DNA from: Planctomycetota bacterium
GTDB taxonomy: Bacteria; Planctomycetota; UBA8108; SXIK01
Direction of reading: 5' to 3'
Assembly: GCA_965223845.1 (NCBI GenBank)
Contig: CBDCXR010000004.1
Coordinates: 6,080,001 to 6,144,000 of the forward strand
DNA: 64,000 bases
Below the pieces are notes generated by a model. That model worked only from the letters and a program-made list of their open reading frames with translations. It ran no database searches and had not been told where the DNA came from. Below, in pieces: positions 20,501 through 28,091 of this stretch. Position 1 is the first letter of the stretch. Each line of letters opens with the position of its first letter. The translations under genes and the position numbers were made by a program.

Positions 20501-22345
20501 GCATGTCGGAAGGTTGCCGAGCTCGAGCCCACGTGGGACGACGCGTTCTATCGTCTCGGGGAAGTGGAAGATCGGGTCGGGAAGAACGAACAGGCGCTGG
20601 CGTCGTATCGCCGCTCGATCGAGTTTGGAGGGCCGGCGAATCTCGCCTACGAGAGTCTCGCGAGATTGCTGCTGCGAACGGATGCGCCGATCCCGATCGG
20701 CGGCGAACTCCGTCGGCAAATCATTCGTTTCGAAGCCGCGGAGGTCGCGCGTAGGCGGTGGAGTAAGACCGCGCAGCTCCTCGCCGCCTATCGGAGCCAT
20801 CTTCCGAAGCACGAACACCCGATCTCGTACGCGTCGGTCGACGCGGAGATCGACGCCCCGGTCGGTTTCCGCCGGGAAGGCGACGCGATGGAGTGGGAGC
20901 TCTTTGAACTCGCGACCGCACCGAGCGGCGAGTGGACGAAGACGAACTTCGTGAGCTCGGAGTGGAGCCGCGTGGAGTTGTCCCTCGCGTACGGCGATTC
21001 GCCGGATCTCGATCCCGACGAAGACACGCCCAAGACGAAGAAGAATCCTTTGGGAGACGGGGTCTCGGGCGTTTGTTTGCGCCGCTCGTTTCGGATCGAC
21101 CAGTCGGCGGGGAAGACGTTCGCGCGGATCGGCGCATCCGTCGGGAAGGACGATGGCTTTGTTGTCTATTTGAACGGCCACGAAGTCTCGCGAACGAGGA
21201 CGGGAGAGACTTGGCGAGCCGAGCTCGCCCTTCCGGCGTACGCGGAGACGAGCAGCGAGGAGTCGAACGACGGCGAGGTCGATTGGAGGTGGATCGAGCT
21301 CCCGGCCCTCTGGCTCGACGAGGAGAACGTGGTCGCGGTGTACGCCGCGACGAGCGAGGGAGATTCGTCGCTCTACGTCGACCTGAAGATCGAACGGTCT
21401 CCACCGACCGATGTCGTCGCGAAGCGCGCCGCTCGGATCCTCGACGGGCTCAGCGGGCGCTCGCCGGAGGATCCCGTCGTCCGCTACGCGGAAGGTAGGC
21501 TGGCGCAGTCGGAGGGCCGACACGACGAAGCGCTTGCGATCTTCGATCCACTCGTCGCGCTCGGGGAAGGCAGCGGCGAGCCGGCGCTCCGCGCGGCCGA
21601 GAGTTTGCGAGCGCTTCAGCGACGAGACGACGCGGAGCGGATGCTCAGCGGCGCGCTCGTCCCAGCGTCGTCCCTGCAGCGAGAGATTTGGCGTGAGTGG
21701 CGCGAGCTCGTCCTCGCAGACTTGCGCTGGACGCCCGAGGAGATTCTCGAGCGAGTCCCGCCGGTCGACGGATCCGCGCCGGAATCCTACGAGGATTTCT
21801 TGTGGGTGGTGGGCGAGCTGGCCGCCGGCCGCGAGATTCGCATCAACTGCGCGGCCGGAGTCGACTACGACGGCGAGGCTGACGCGGCGGACGAAGGTGC
21901 GGAGACCGCGGACATCGAGTGGTGGAGCCGCGAGCGCTTCGTGCACATCAATGGAATCGTGGAGTTTCTGAAGCCGAAGGAGCCGGTGCCCGATCCCGCG
22001 ATCTTTCAGATCTCACGCTCGTTCTTCGCGAGATCGCCGATCATCCCGGGCCTCAGTGTGCCCGTTCCACGCGGTCGATACGCACTCGTTCTGTACTTCG
22101 TCGAGGATTCCGAGGACGACAAGGACCCCAATCGGGACGGGCGCCGGCGCTTCGACGTTCTCGTCGAGGGAAAGACGGAGCTCGAGAATTTCGGCGCCGC
22201 CAGAGAAGCGAACTTCGATGAGATCGTCACGCGCACGATCGAAGTCGACGTAGACGATGGATCCCTCGATGTCGATTTTTTGCGGCGCCTTGGTGATCCG
22301 GAACTGGCTGCATTCACCATCAAGCAAGTCGAGCCGGACCGATGA
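17585..22345 (+). CDS. Membrane Ser/Thr protein kinase with TPR repeats, jelly-roll domain and C-terminal malectin-like domain
   Basis: GRGSFG, VALK, HRDLKPSN, DFG, GTPLYMSPEQ; TM segment; TPRs (AHNNLG, ARFNLG); DDGFVVYLNGHEV; malectin-like IRINC...LVLYFVE...RRFDVLVEG. Confidence 0.93.
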   Translation: MRDHELRGLSDEHRVDDPDAIEELARFVDLCAAGAEEEVREVLADRRARGGDGSDPLLLFDELRWLVEERPVHLPDVGGFEVRREIGRGSFGVVYEAVEAALNRPVALKVLHPVLANDRRAVSVVRRDARVAARLNHPNIVRVHGAGIASDGSPYVNMELLEGATVRELIDARIADVGERERAATTPEERTKELERLREIAGAFAGAARGLQHAHDRSVVHRDLKPSNLVRGADGELRIIDFGLARGNEFSRLSETGERPGTPLYMSPEQVRGLPRDGRGDGVDASADALPSSTDIYSLGATLYEVCTLTPPVRSVARSAVEHEILNTYPPPVSELNPNVPTELESIVHKCLEKRVSRRFATAEALAQELERFARARPVETRPVSVSTRAVRTFWRVRRRVAIGGALGLVVLLSAVVLTERIGAQRERAREEIAHRWESLMENAREAILWEEIRRATADATVRSRFVSLAPDEEISLTDPVTLGGSHRLLDSYESRLILGSGRRGSPLDLAVATSRLAEAIELRPEEPDPYVLLARRHLLDGNVTAASREIERALANRPDYVPARVFLASLPQNATEVDAVGRWETKWREALDHEANMDWPRASKAYADAAALSPRTGAGEAEIELKVKSSLARIRANDESLLFEAVLDLYECVLRWPHRIDSQLLFAKACFLFAGDEISGRGDAVLDGLFERESEEDRPPVVRAIVGLLLDLGLEERADTWASRLLENAHSYVDLAEEAMRPPVVRAIVGTAVDVGRVDEVSEWVPLLGGDIDSVLLKAEVFSATGDHASALDVCEAALRLDPASERARYRRAEVFAALGRFENAKRDFLDVIGTRGEFAAAAHNNLGTLLHREGRLQRAARHYREAGPLPVARFNLGWIFHRQRRFDAAEKEYRAAIERGLDLAVIYHNLGPCLLKQEREDEAIEFIEQGLDLEEDYTLGWKNLATAHVWQEWRTNDPRAKRQALDRAVKACRKVAELEPTWDDAFYRLGEVEDRVGKNEQALASYRRSIEFGGPANLAYESLARLLLRTDAPIPIGGELRRQIIRFEAAEVARRRWSKTAQLLAAYRSHLPKHEHPISYASVDAEIDAPVGFRREGDAMEWELFELATAPSGEWTKTNFVSSEWSRVELSLAYGDSPDLDPDEDTPKTKKNPLGDGVSGVCLRRSFRIDQSAGKTFARIGASVGKDDGFVVYLNGHEVSRTRTGETWRAELALPAYAETSSEESNDGEVDWRWIELPALWLDEENVVAVYAATSEGDSSLYVDLKIERSPPTDVVAKRAARILDGLSGRSPEDPVVRYAEGRLAQSEGRHDEALAIFDPLVALGEGSGEPALRAAESLRALQRRDDAERMLSGALVPASSLQREIWREWRELVLADLRWTPEEILERVPPVDGSAPESYEDFLWVVGELAAGREIRINCAAGVDYDGEADAADEGAETADIEWWSRERFVHINGIVEFLKPKEPVPDPAIFQISRSFFARSPIIPGLSVPVPRGRYALVLYFVEDSEDDKDPNRDGRRRFDVLVEGKTELENFGAAREANFDEIVTRTIEVDVDDGSLDVDFLRRLGDPELAAFTIKQVEPDR

Positions 22346-22382
22346 GGTGGGCTCACGAGGGGGAGCGACTGGGAGGAGGAAA

Positions 22383-23966
22383 GTGAATCTACGCACGCAA
22401 CTGAACAACGGACAGATTCCTTCGAGCCTCGAGGACGGAGGAGGACGGTACGGCCGGCTCTTTCCGGATCTGGCGGCGTGTTCCGCCGACGAACAGCCGG
22501 ATCCCATCGAGCTCGGGAATTTTCTCCACAAGCTCTCGCGCGGCGGCACCACGCCGCCGAACGTCAAAATCGCGGCCGGCTACACCTTCTTCGGTCAGTT
22601 TGTCGTTCACGACTTGACGTCTGATCCGTCCCCCATCGACGAGGTGGCCGATCCCGACGAGATCTACAACCAACGGACCCCGTCGCTCGATCTCGACTCT
22701 CTCTACGGCCGCGGTCCCGAAAGCGAGAGTCGCGATCTCTACGAACCGCCGGAGATCGCGTACGGAAAGTTTCGTCTGGGTCCGACTCGAACGATTCGAT
22801 TCGATTTGCCGCGCGACCGAGACCATCGCGCGTTCATCGCCGACCCCAGAAACGATCACAATCGGGTTCTCTCGCAGCTCCACGTCGCGTTCTTGAAGTT
22901 TCACAACTACGTGATGGATCGCGTCGCAGAGCATCGACCGGACCTGGACGATCGGGAGCGATTCGAGGAGGCTCGGCGGCTCGTCCGCTGGCACTACCAG
23001 TGGATCGTTCGCCACGAATACCTACCGCTCCTCTGTCGACCCGAGGTCCTCGCCGAGCTGGACGAGAACGCGCCGACGTTCTATCGACCGGGCGACGATC
23101 GTTGGCCCTACATTCCCGTCGAGTTCAGCGTGGCCGCGATGCGAGCCGGTCACAGTCAAGTCGGCCGCGGCTACAAGGCAAACGAGATTCAGCCCGCCTT
23201 GCCCGTCTTCGCTCGAGAGGGCCCCGATCTCCGAGGGAACGTCAAGGTCACGAAGGACAAGACGGTGGATTGGCAGCTCTTCTTTCCTCTGAACGGAAAC
23301 ACGAGCCGTCTTCAACTGAGCCGCGGCATCAACACGATTCTCGACTACACCATGCAGGCGCTGCCGGCGGAGACCCTTCCCGCCAGCGACAGCGGCAGTC
23401 GTGTGCTCGGAACGCGCGATCTCGTCCGCGCCCTGAACCGGAACTTGCCCTGCGGCGACACGGTCGCGAAGAAGATCCGGAGCGAGGCCCCGACTTCTTG
23501 GAGAGCCAAGGTGAAGCTCATCGAGAACGACGACCTCTGGCCGGAAGACACGTCGGGGGCGTCGCCCTTCGAGGGAAAGAAACCTCCGCTTTGGTACTAC
23601 GTCCTCCGCGAAGCCGAGCTCCAGGAGCGCGGCGAACGCTTGGGATTTGTCGGGAGCTGTATCGTCGCGGAGGTGATCTGCGGCATTCTGCGGGCGACGG
23701 GAAAGCGCTCCCCCGAAGCGGTTGCGGCGGAGGCGGCACACGACGGGGGACACGACTCGGAGCTCGCCAGAGAATCCGCGGAGAAACGAAAGCGAGCTGT
23801 TCGAGCGCAGAGTCAGGCGGCCCCGGCGAACGAGGCTCCTCCGCGCGAGGAGACTTCGTACTGGGACACCGGCTGGACGCCCGCGGAATCGGTGTGGCTC
23901 GATCCGGAACGGCGAAATCCGGAGGAATTTCGCATTCGGGACTTACTGAGGCTGATCGGGGGTTAG
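22383..23966 (+). CDS. Heme peroxidase (peroxidase-cyclooxygenase superfamily, short bacterial type)
   Basis: RBS GGAGGAGG plus GTG; YGRLFP, GYTFFGQFVVHD, LDLDSLYG, DPRND, WHYQW, EFSVAAMRAGHSQ (proximal His), PLWYYVLREA. Confidence 0.9.
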   Translation: MNLRTQLNNGQIPSSLEDGGGRYGRLFPDLAACSADEQPDPIELGNFLHKLSRGGTTPPNVKIAAGYTFFGQFVVHDLTSDPSPIDEVADPDEIYNQRTPSLDLDSLYGRGPESESRDLYEPPEIAYGKFRLGPTRTIRFDLPRDRDHRAFIADPRNDHNRVLSQLHVAFLKFHNYVMDRVAEHRPDLDDRERFEEARRLVRWHYQWIVRHEYLPLLCRPEVLAELDENAPTFYRPGDDRWPYIPVEFSVAAMRAGHSQVGRGYKANEIQPALPVFAREGPDLRGNVKVTKDKTVDWQLFFPLNGNTSRLQLSRGINTILDYTMQALPAETLPASDSGSRVLGTRDLVRALNRNLPCGDTVAKKIRSEAPTSWRAKVKLIENDDLWPEDTSGASPFEGKKPPLWYYVLREAELQERGERLGFVGSCIVAEVICGILRATGKRSPEAVAAEAAHDGGHDSELARESAEKRKRAVRAQSQAAPANEAPPREETSYWDTGWTPAESVWLDPERRNPEEFRIRDLLRLIGG

Positions 23967-24141
23967 GGGCGAGTGCGTTGTGTTCGTTCAGGGCGGAGCG
24001 GCTTTTCAGGCGCCCCCGCGCCCACGCGGCGAAGCCGCGCCGGCTTCACCCGGGCGAGCGAGCTCGCGGTTCCTCTTAGCCCGAACGCGCGTTTCGAACG
24101 AGAAGCGCTTTCTTCAGGAAACATCAGACAGGAGAAGAACG

Positions 24142-24375
24142 ATGTCGACACATCCAGCGAGGCCCTCGACGCCCCCCGCGATGCCGGAGCACCTCCGCGA
24201 GCGAGGAGTACAAGAACTCATGAGCGCGGGAGAGAAGGCGTATCGCGCCGGCTATCGCGAGGGCTGGAGAGCGGGTTGGCGAGCCGGCCTCAGCCAGTAC
24301 GTCCGCCCGGCCGACGGGTCGGCGCCGAATCTCGAAGCCCCTCAGCTCGAAGATGAAGGCGAAGGCGTCGAGTGA
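24142..24375 (+). CDS. Small hypothetical protein with G-x-x-x-G repeat helix
   Basis: RBS AGGAG; 77 aa; AYRAGYREGWRAGWRAG; stop lies 1 nt before the next ATG. Confidence 0.65.
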   Translation: MSTHPARPSTPPAMPEHLRERGVQELMSAGEKAYRAGYREGWRAGWRAGLSQYVRPADGSAPNLEAPQLEDEGEGVE

Positions 24376-24376
24376 G

Positions 24377-25210
24377 ATGGCTCGTCTCATCGCACTGACC
24401 AGTCTCGGATCGTCCGACTATCGTCGAACCGCGGAGCTCTGCCTGCGCTCGCTTCGAACGCACGGGCGCTTCCGCGGCGACATCGTGGTCTTCTCGAACA
24501 ACGACTTCGCCACGGACGATCCGAACGTTCGCGTTCTTCCCGCGCCGGAGAAGCTCGACCGCCGGGCGATGCACGAGTACAAGCCAGCGGCGGCGGCGCA
24601 GCTCGAGACCAGTGGCTATGACCGCGTTTTGGTCATGGACTCCGATATGATCGCGATCGCCGACATCGCACCTCTTTTCGATCTCGCCGACGCGGCGGTC
24701 TGCGGTGTGGAAGAACGGCCCTGGACTCGAATGGTGGACGCCCCCTGCGGTGGGTGTCTGTCCGAGTCCGAGAAGCGAATGGTCGGAGATCGCTGGGGAG
24801 TGAACGGGGGCCTGCTGTGCGCCCCTTCGACTCTCTTTCGTAGGGCGATGTCGCTCTGGTTCTCTGAGATCCGGGCACAGCACGGCCAGCTCAACGAGTG
24901 GCTCGACCAGCCACCGCTCAACCGACTGATCGCGACGGGGCAGATCCCGTTTCGAGCTTATCCGCACGGCTGGGTCGACATGCCACCCATGTATCGATGG
25001 AACGGCGGAGAGTTCCGAGTGACGCACGAGACGAAGCTGCTTCATCTCTGCTGGCCGGATAAGGAGCAAGCCTCCGACGAAATGGAAACTCTGCTCGACG
25101 CGCTCGACGATCGGAGGCTCGAAGCAACTCGAGTTTCTGCGGGGCAGACGTGTGCCGATCCGGGCGTTCGCCCGGGCGGCGAACTATCGACGTCAACTCA
25201 TTCGAGGTGA
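24377..25210 (+). CDS. GT8-like glycosyltransferase
   Basis: DSD (DxD), NGG, DQPPLN and C-terminal LLH motifs in the order typical of GT8. Confidence 0.78.
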   Translation: MARLIALTSLGSSDYRRTAELCLRSLRTHGRFRGDIVVFSNNDFATDDPNVRVLPAPEKLDRRAMHEYKPAAAAQLETSGYDRVLVMDSDMIAIADIAPLFDLADAAVCGVEERPWTRMVDAPCGGCLSESEKRMVGDRWGVNGGLLCAPSTLFRRAMSLWFSEIRAQHGQLNEWLDQPPLNRLIATGQIPFRAYPHGWVDMPPMYRWNGGEFRVTHETKLLHLCWPDKEQASDEMETLLDALDDRRLEATRVSAGQTCADPGVRPGGELSTSTHSR

Positions 25211-25216
25211 GAAACG

Positions 25217-25555
25217 ATGCCTACACCGAAACCGACCTGGGAACCGGGTAAGCTCGAGCGGAATCAGCGCGAGCTGATCGGAATTCCGCGCTGGATCCAA
25301 AACATGATGGAACAGAATGCTCGGCCGTTTTCCGAAGAGTGCTTCTACGAAGGATTCTTCACGGGTTGGGACACGGCGACCGAGCAGTTCATTCAGGCCG
25401 ATATCTTCTATTCCGTGCATTACATTCTCGAAAAGAAAGGCGCGACCGACGACGAGATCACCGTCGCTCTCGATTCCCTTCGCAGCGGTCTCCCGGGGCG
25501 ATTGGGGTATACGAATGGACCGGGGGGGCCATCGACCGGGGGGCTATCTCCCTGA
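25217..25555 (+). CDS. Hypothetical protein (112 aa)
   Basis: RBS GAGGTG, 6 nt after the GT stop, protein-like composition; FYEGFFTGW motif. Confidence 0.7.
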   Translation: MPTPKPTWEPGKLERNQRELIGIPRWIQNMMEQNARPFSEECFYEGFFTGWDTATEQFIQADIFYSVHYILEKKGATDDEITVALDSLRSGLPGRLGYTNGPGGPSTGGLSP

Positions 25556-26536
25556 TCCAGTGAACGCGGAGCGGTCCGGCCACTCGAGACCGTACCGCTC
25601 CGCGTAATCGAACTCGGTACGCGTGCAATTCCTCAGCACGCAGTCTCGCTCGCGCGCGACGCTCTCCGCCCGCGATTCGAACTCCGCCCACGCTCGCTCC
25701 CAAGTCTCCGGTTCTTCCACCGACTCGGTGTAGCCGACCCACTCGTCGAATACCGCGTCCGAGAAGTTCTTTCTCGCCATGCGCAACTTATTGGCGAGGA
25801 CGCAAACTTCCGTGACGGTGTACCCCTTGAACTCGCTTTGAAAGCGGTGTCCGATCGCGACGCTACCATCGACGAGCGAGTCGTGGCCGCAGAGCCACGC
25901 TTTAAGTCCGAAGTCGATGTCTTCGAGGCCCCATTCCCGCATGTCGGCGTCGAAGCCGCCGAGCCGATGGTAGAGCTCTCGGCTCACCGCGAGGCTGCAC
26001 CCGATCGTTGCCGGGCATTCGAAGTACCGACCTCGCCGCGCTAGCTGCTCCTTCGGAATCCAGGCGCAGTCCATGTTGAGGAGGTTCATGCAGAACCCGT
26101 AGCCGGGAGCGGCGGGAGTGAACTCCCAGGTTTCCGGGTCGACGCCGGGGATTCGGGGGGTCACGAGTGCGCTTCCGCCGAGCTCTTCGATGTCGTCGAC
26201 CAGCTTCGCGATCGCTCCCGGCTCGGGCTTGGTGTGGCCGTCGAGAAACACCAAGGTGTCTCCTCGAGCGGCGCAGGCTCCCAGATGCTTCGTGGGCGAG
26301 GGGCCTCGACGCTTCCCCGATGAGAGGATGCTGATCTCAGGGAAGAACTCCTCTCGCCGCTCACGGCGGAGCCGGTCGAGCTCCGACTCGAGCGCCGCGA
26401 GCGATCCGTCGACGGATTCGTCGTCGGCGACGACGATCTCGTAGTCGAGATCGTCGATGGTCTCGACGCACGTCGTGACCGTTCTCCAGAGAAGATCCCC
26501 TTCGTTGCACGACGCGACGACGATGCTTGCACGCAC
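25544..26536 (-). CDS. GT-A glycosyltransferase (GT2/GT27-like, resembling polypeptide GalNAc-transferases)
   Basis: SIVVASCNE, VADDES, FLDGH (DxH), GGFDADMREWGLED...AWLCG...GHRF. Confidence 0.85.
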   Translation of the reverse strand: MRASIVVASCNEGDLLWRTVTTCVETIDDLDYEIVVADDESVDGSLAALESELDRLRRERREEFFPEISILSSGKRRGPSPTKHLGACAARGDTLVFLDGHTKPEPGAIAKLVDDIEELGGSALVTPRIPGVDPETWEFTPAAPGYGFCMNLLNMDCAWIPKEQLARRGRYFECPATIGCSLAVSRELYHRLGGFDADMREWGLEDIDFGLKAWLCGHDSLVDGSVAIGHRFQSEFKGYTVTEVCVLANKLRMARKNFSDAVFDEWVGYTESVEEPETWERAWAEFESRAESVARERDCVLRNCTRTEFDYAERYGLEWPDRSAFTGSGR

Positions 26537-26775
26537 GATTCAGAATCCTCCGGCGAGACTAGAAAAACCCGGACGCTCATTCTAAACGTTCGCGTCAGAG
26601 CGGCCGCATCCGTCGCGGCTTTCGGGGAGGAATCGTGTGATTTCTGGGTCGATCTCGCGCGAGCTCGGCGGGCTCGCTTCGAGAGTCCGGTGTTCGTCGA
26701 AGCTTGACGACACTGGACAACCGAGCGATGCCGGCCAATCAAGCGTAGTCAATTCTAGGGATAAAGCGGCTCGCG

Positions 26776-26807
26776 AAAAAAAGAGCGGTGTCGGCGAGCG
26801 ACACCGC
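26776..26807 (-). terminator. Rho-independent terminator
   Basis: Minus strand GCGGTGTCG-CTCGC-CGACACCGC-TCTTTTTTT. Confidence 0.8.
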
Positions 26808-26908
26808 GACCACAACTAACTTCCCGCGTACCGCCGCGAGGCGAGCGGCGGCGATTCTGCGAGCGCTCCACGCAGTCGTTGGTGGAACGGGGAGGCGTCC
26901 ATCCTCTC

Positions 26909-26936
26909 CATCGTGGTTGCGGTCCGGCGTCCGTCA
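26909..26936 (-). promoter_or_regulatory. Candidate ECF promoter TGACGGA-N16-CGATG
   Basis: Boxes and spacing identical to the site at 45024-45051; points at the 26776-26807 terminator. Confidence 0.5.
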
Positions 26937-27093
26937 GGAATCTTGAAGTTTTTCTCGGTGCCACGGTAAATCGCTTTCAGGAAGAGAGTTACGAGTTCGA
27001 TCAGAGCGCGAATACGCGCTGCCGGCGTCGGGCCGAGGCCGCGCGATTCGAATCCGCGGACTCTCGACGCGCCGGTGGCGCCTACGGGACGAG

Positions 27094-27960
27094 CTAGCTG
27101 CAAGCGTTTGCTCCGCAGCTCGCCAGCCCGTCGGGGGTCGGGTCGAAGCCGCACTCGCGGATTCCGGGTGGAGGAACCGTGCCTTCGCCGAGAAAGAGCA
27201 CGTTGAAGACGCGGATCGCGTCCGTGATCTCGATTCGCCCGCTGTCGTCGGCGTCCGCGGCGTCGACGCACTCGAGCGGACCGACTCCGAAGAAGGTGTG
27301 ACGAAGGATGCGGATTCCGTCGGTGATGTCGACACGGCCGCCTCCGTCGGCGTCGCCGCGAATGAACCGGCGCCCAGTGAGCTCCAGCCGCGGCGACAGG
27401 GAGAAGTCGGAGCTTTTCATCGCCACGTTGTGGCCTTCGATCGCGATGACGTTGTCGCCGCTCTTCAGCACGGACCGAGCGATCCGGAAACGCTCCGGTG
27501 TTCCCGGTTCGCGCGCTTTGCGCGCGGGGTGGTTGTATTGGAACTCCTCGCCGCGAGCGCCCATCCCCGCTCGCGCGACTTCCCGTCCGTTGATGTACGC
27601 GATGAATCCGTCGTCGTAGTCGATCTCGAGAACGAGTTCCGTAATCGAAGACAATTCCGGAAGCACGAAGCGCTTTCGGATGTACACCGTGAGGTAGTTG
27701 AACTGCATGTCCGAGAGGACCGTAGTGTCGTCTTCGTCGCCGTAGCCGAATCCCGCGGGGCGATACTCCCAGCGACTGTCGTCAAATCCGGGCTCACGCC
27801 ACGCGGTCGACGGTTTCGACGGAGCCGAACGGCCGCGAAAGAGCCGCCACGTATCTTCGAGCGGGATGACGTCTTCCTGCGCGGATGCGGTCCCCGCGAG
27901 CAGAACAACAAGCGAGAGAACGTAGAGAATCGACGCGGCGAGACGATGCGACGTGGACAT
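27094..27960 (-). CDS. Secreted jelly-roll (sugar-binding-like) domain protein with C-terminal dockerin-like domain
   Basis: Signal peptide ending ASA; WREPGFDDSRW, GFGYGD, DDGFIAYINGREV; FIRGDADGGGRVDITD...CVDAADADDSG...CGFDP. Confidence 0.85.
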   Translation of the reverse strand: MSTSHRLAASILYVLSLVVLLAGTASAQEDVIPLEDTWRLFRGRSAPSKPSTAWREPGFDDSRWEYRPAGFGYGDEDDTTVLSDMQFNYLTVYIRKRFVLPELSSITELVLEIDYDDGFIAYINGREVARAGMGARGEEFQYNHPARKAREPGTPERFRIARSVLKSGDNVIAIEGHNVAMKSSDFSLSPRLELTGRRFIRGDADGGGRVDITDGIRILRHTFFGVGPLECVDAADADDSGRIEITDAIRVFNVLFLGEGTVPPPGIRECGFDPTPDGLASCGANACS

Positions 27961-28091
27961 TGCGGCCTCCCGTTGGATCGCAGAAGTGGGACGAGTTTCA
28001 CTTCCGGATGAACGCGAGGCGTAACGCGCGAAGCGGCTGTTCGAGAGATTCGTGCGGTGTTCGATCGAATCGCTTCGAACGAGCGGAAGGG

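Noticed and set aside
26897-26935. Cluster of GGA/ANGGA motifs suggesting a CsrA-sponge RNA
   Set aside because: Most of the motifs fall inside the predicted promoter boxes and are not in hairpin loops.
26941-26963. TGGCAC as a sigma54 promoter (similar near-misses at about 31212, 41894 and 45210)
   Set aside because: No GC at the -12 position with the required spacing.
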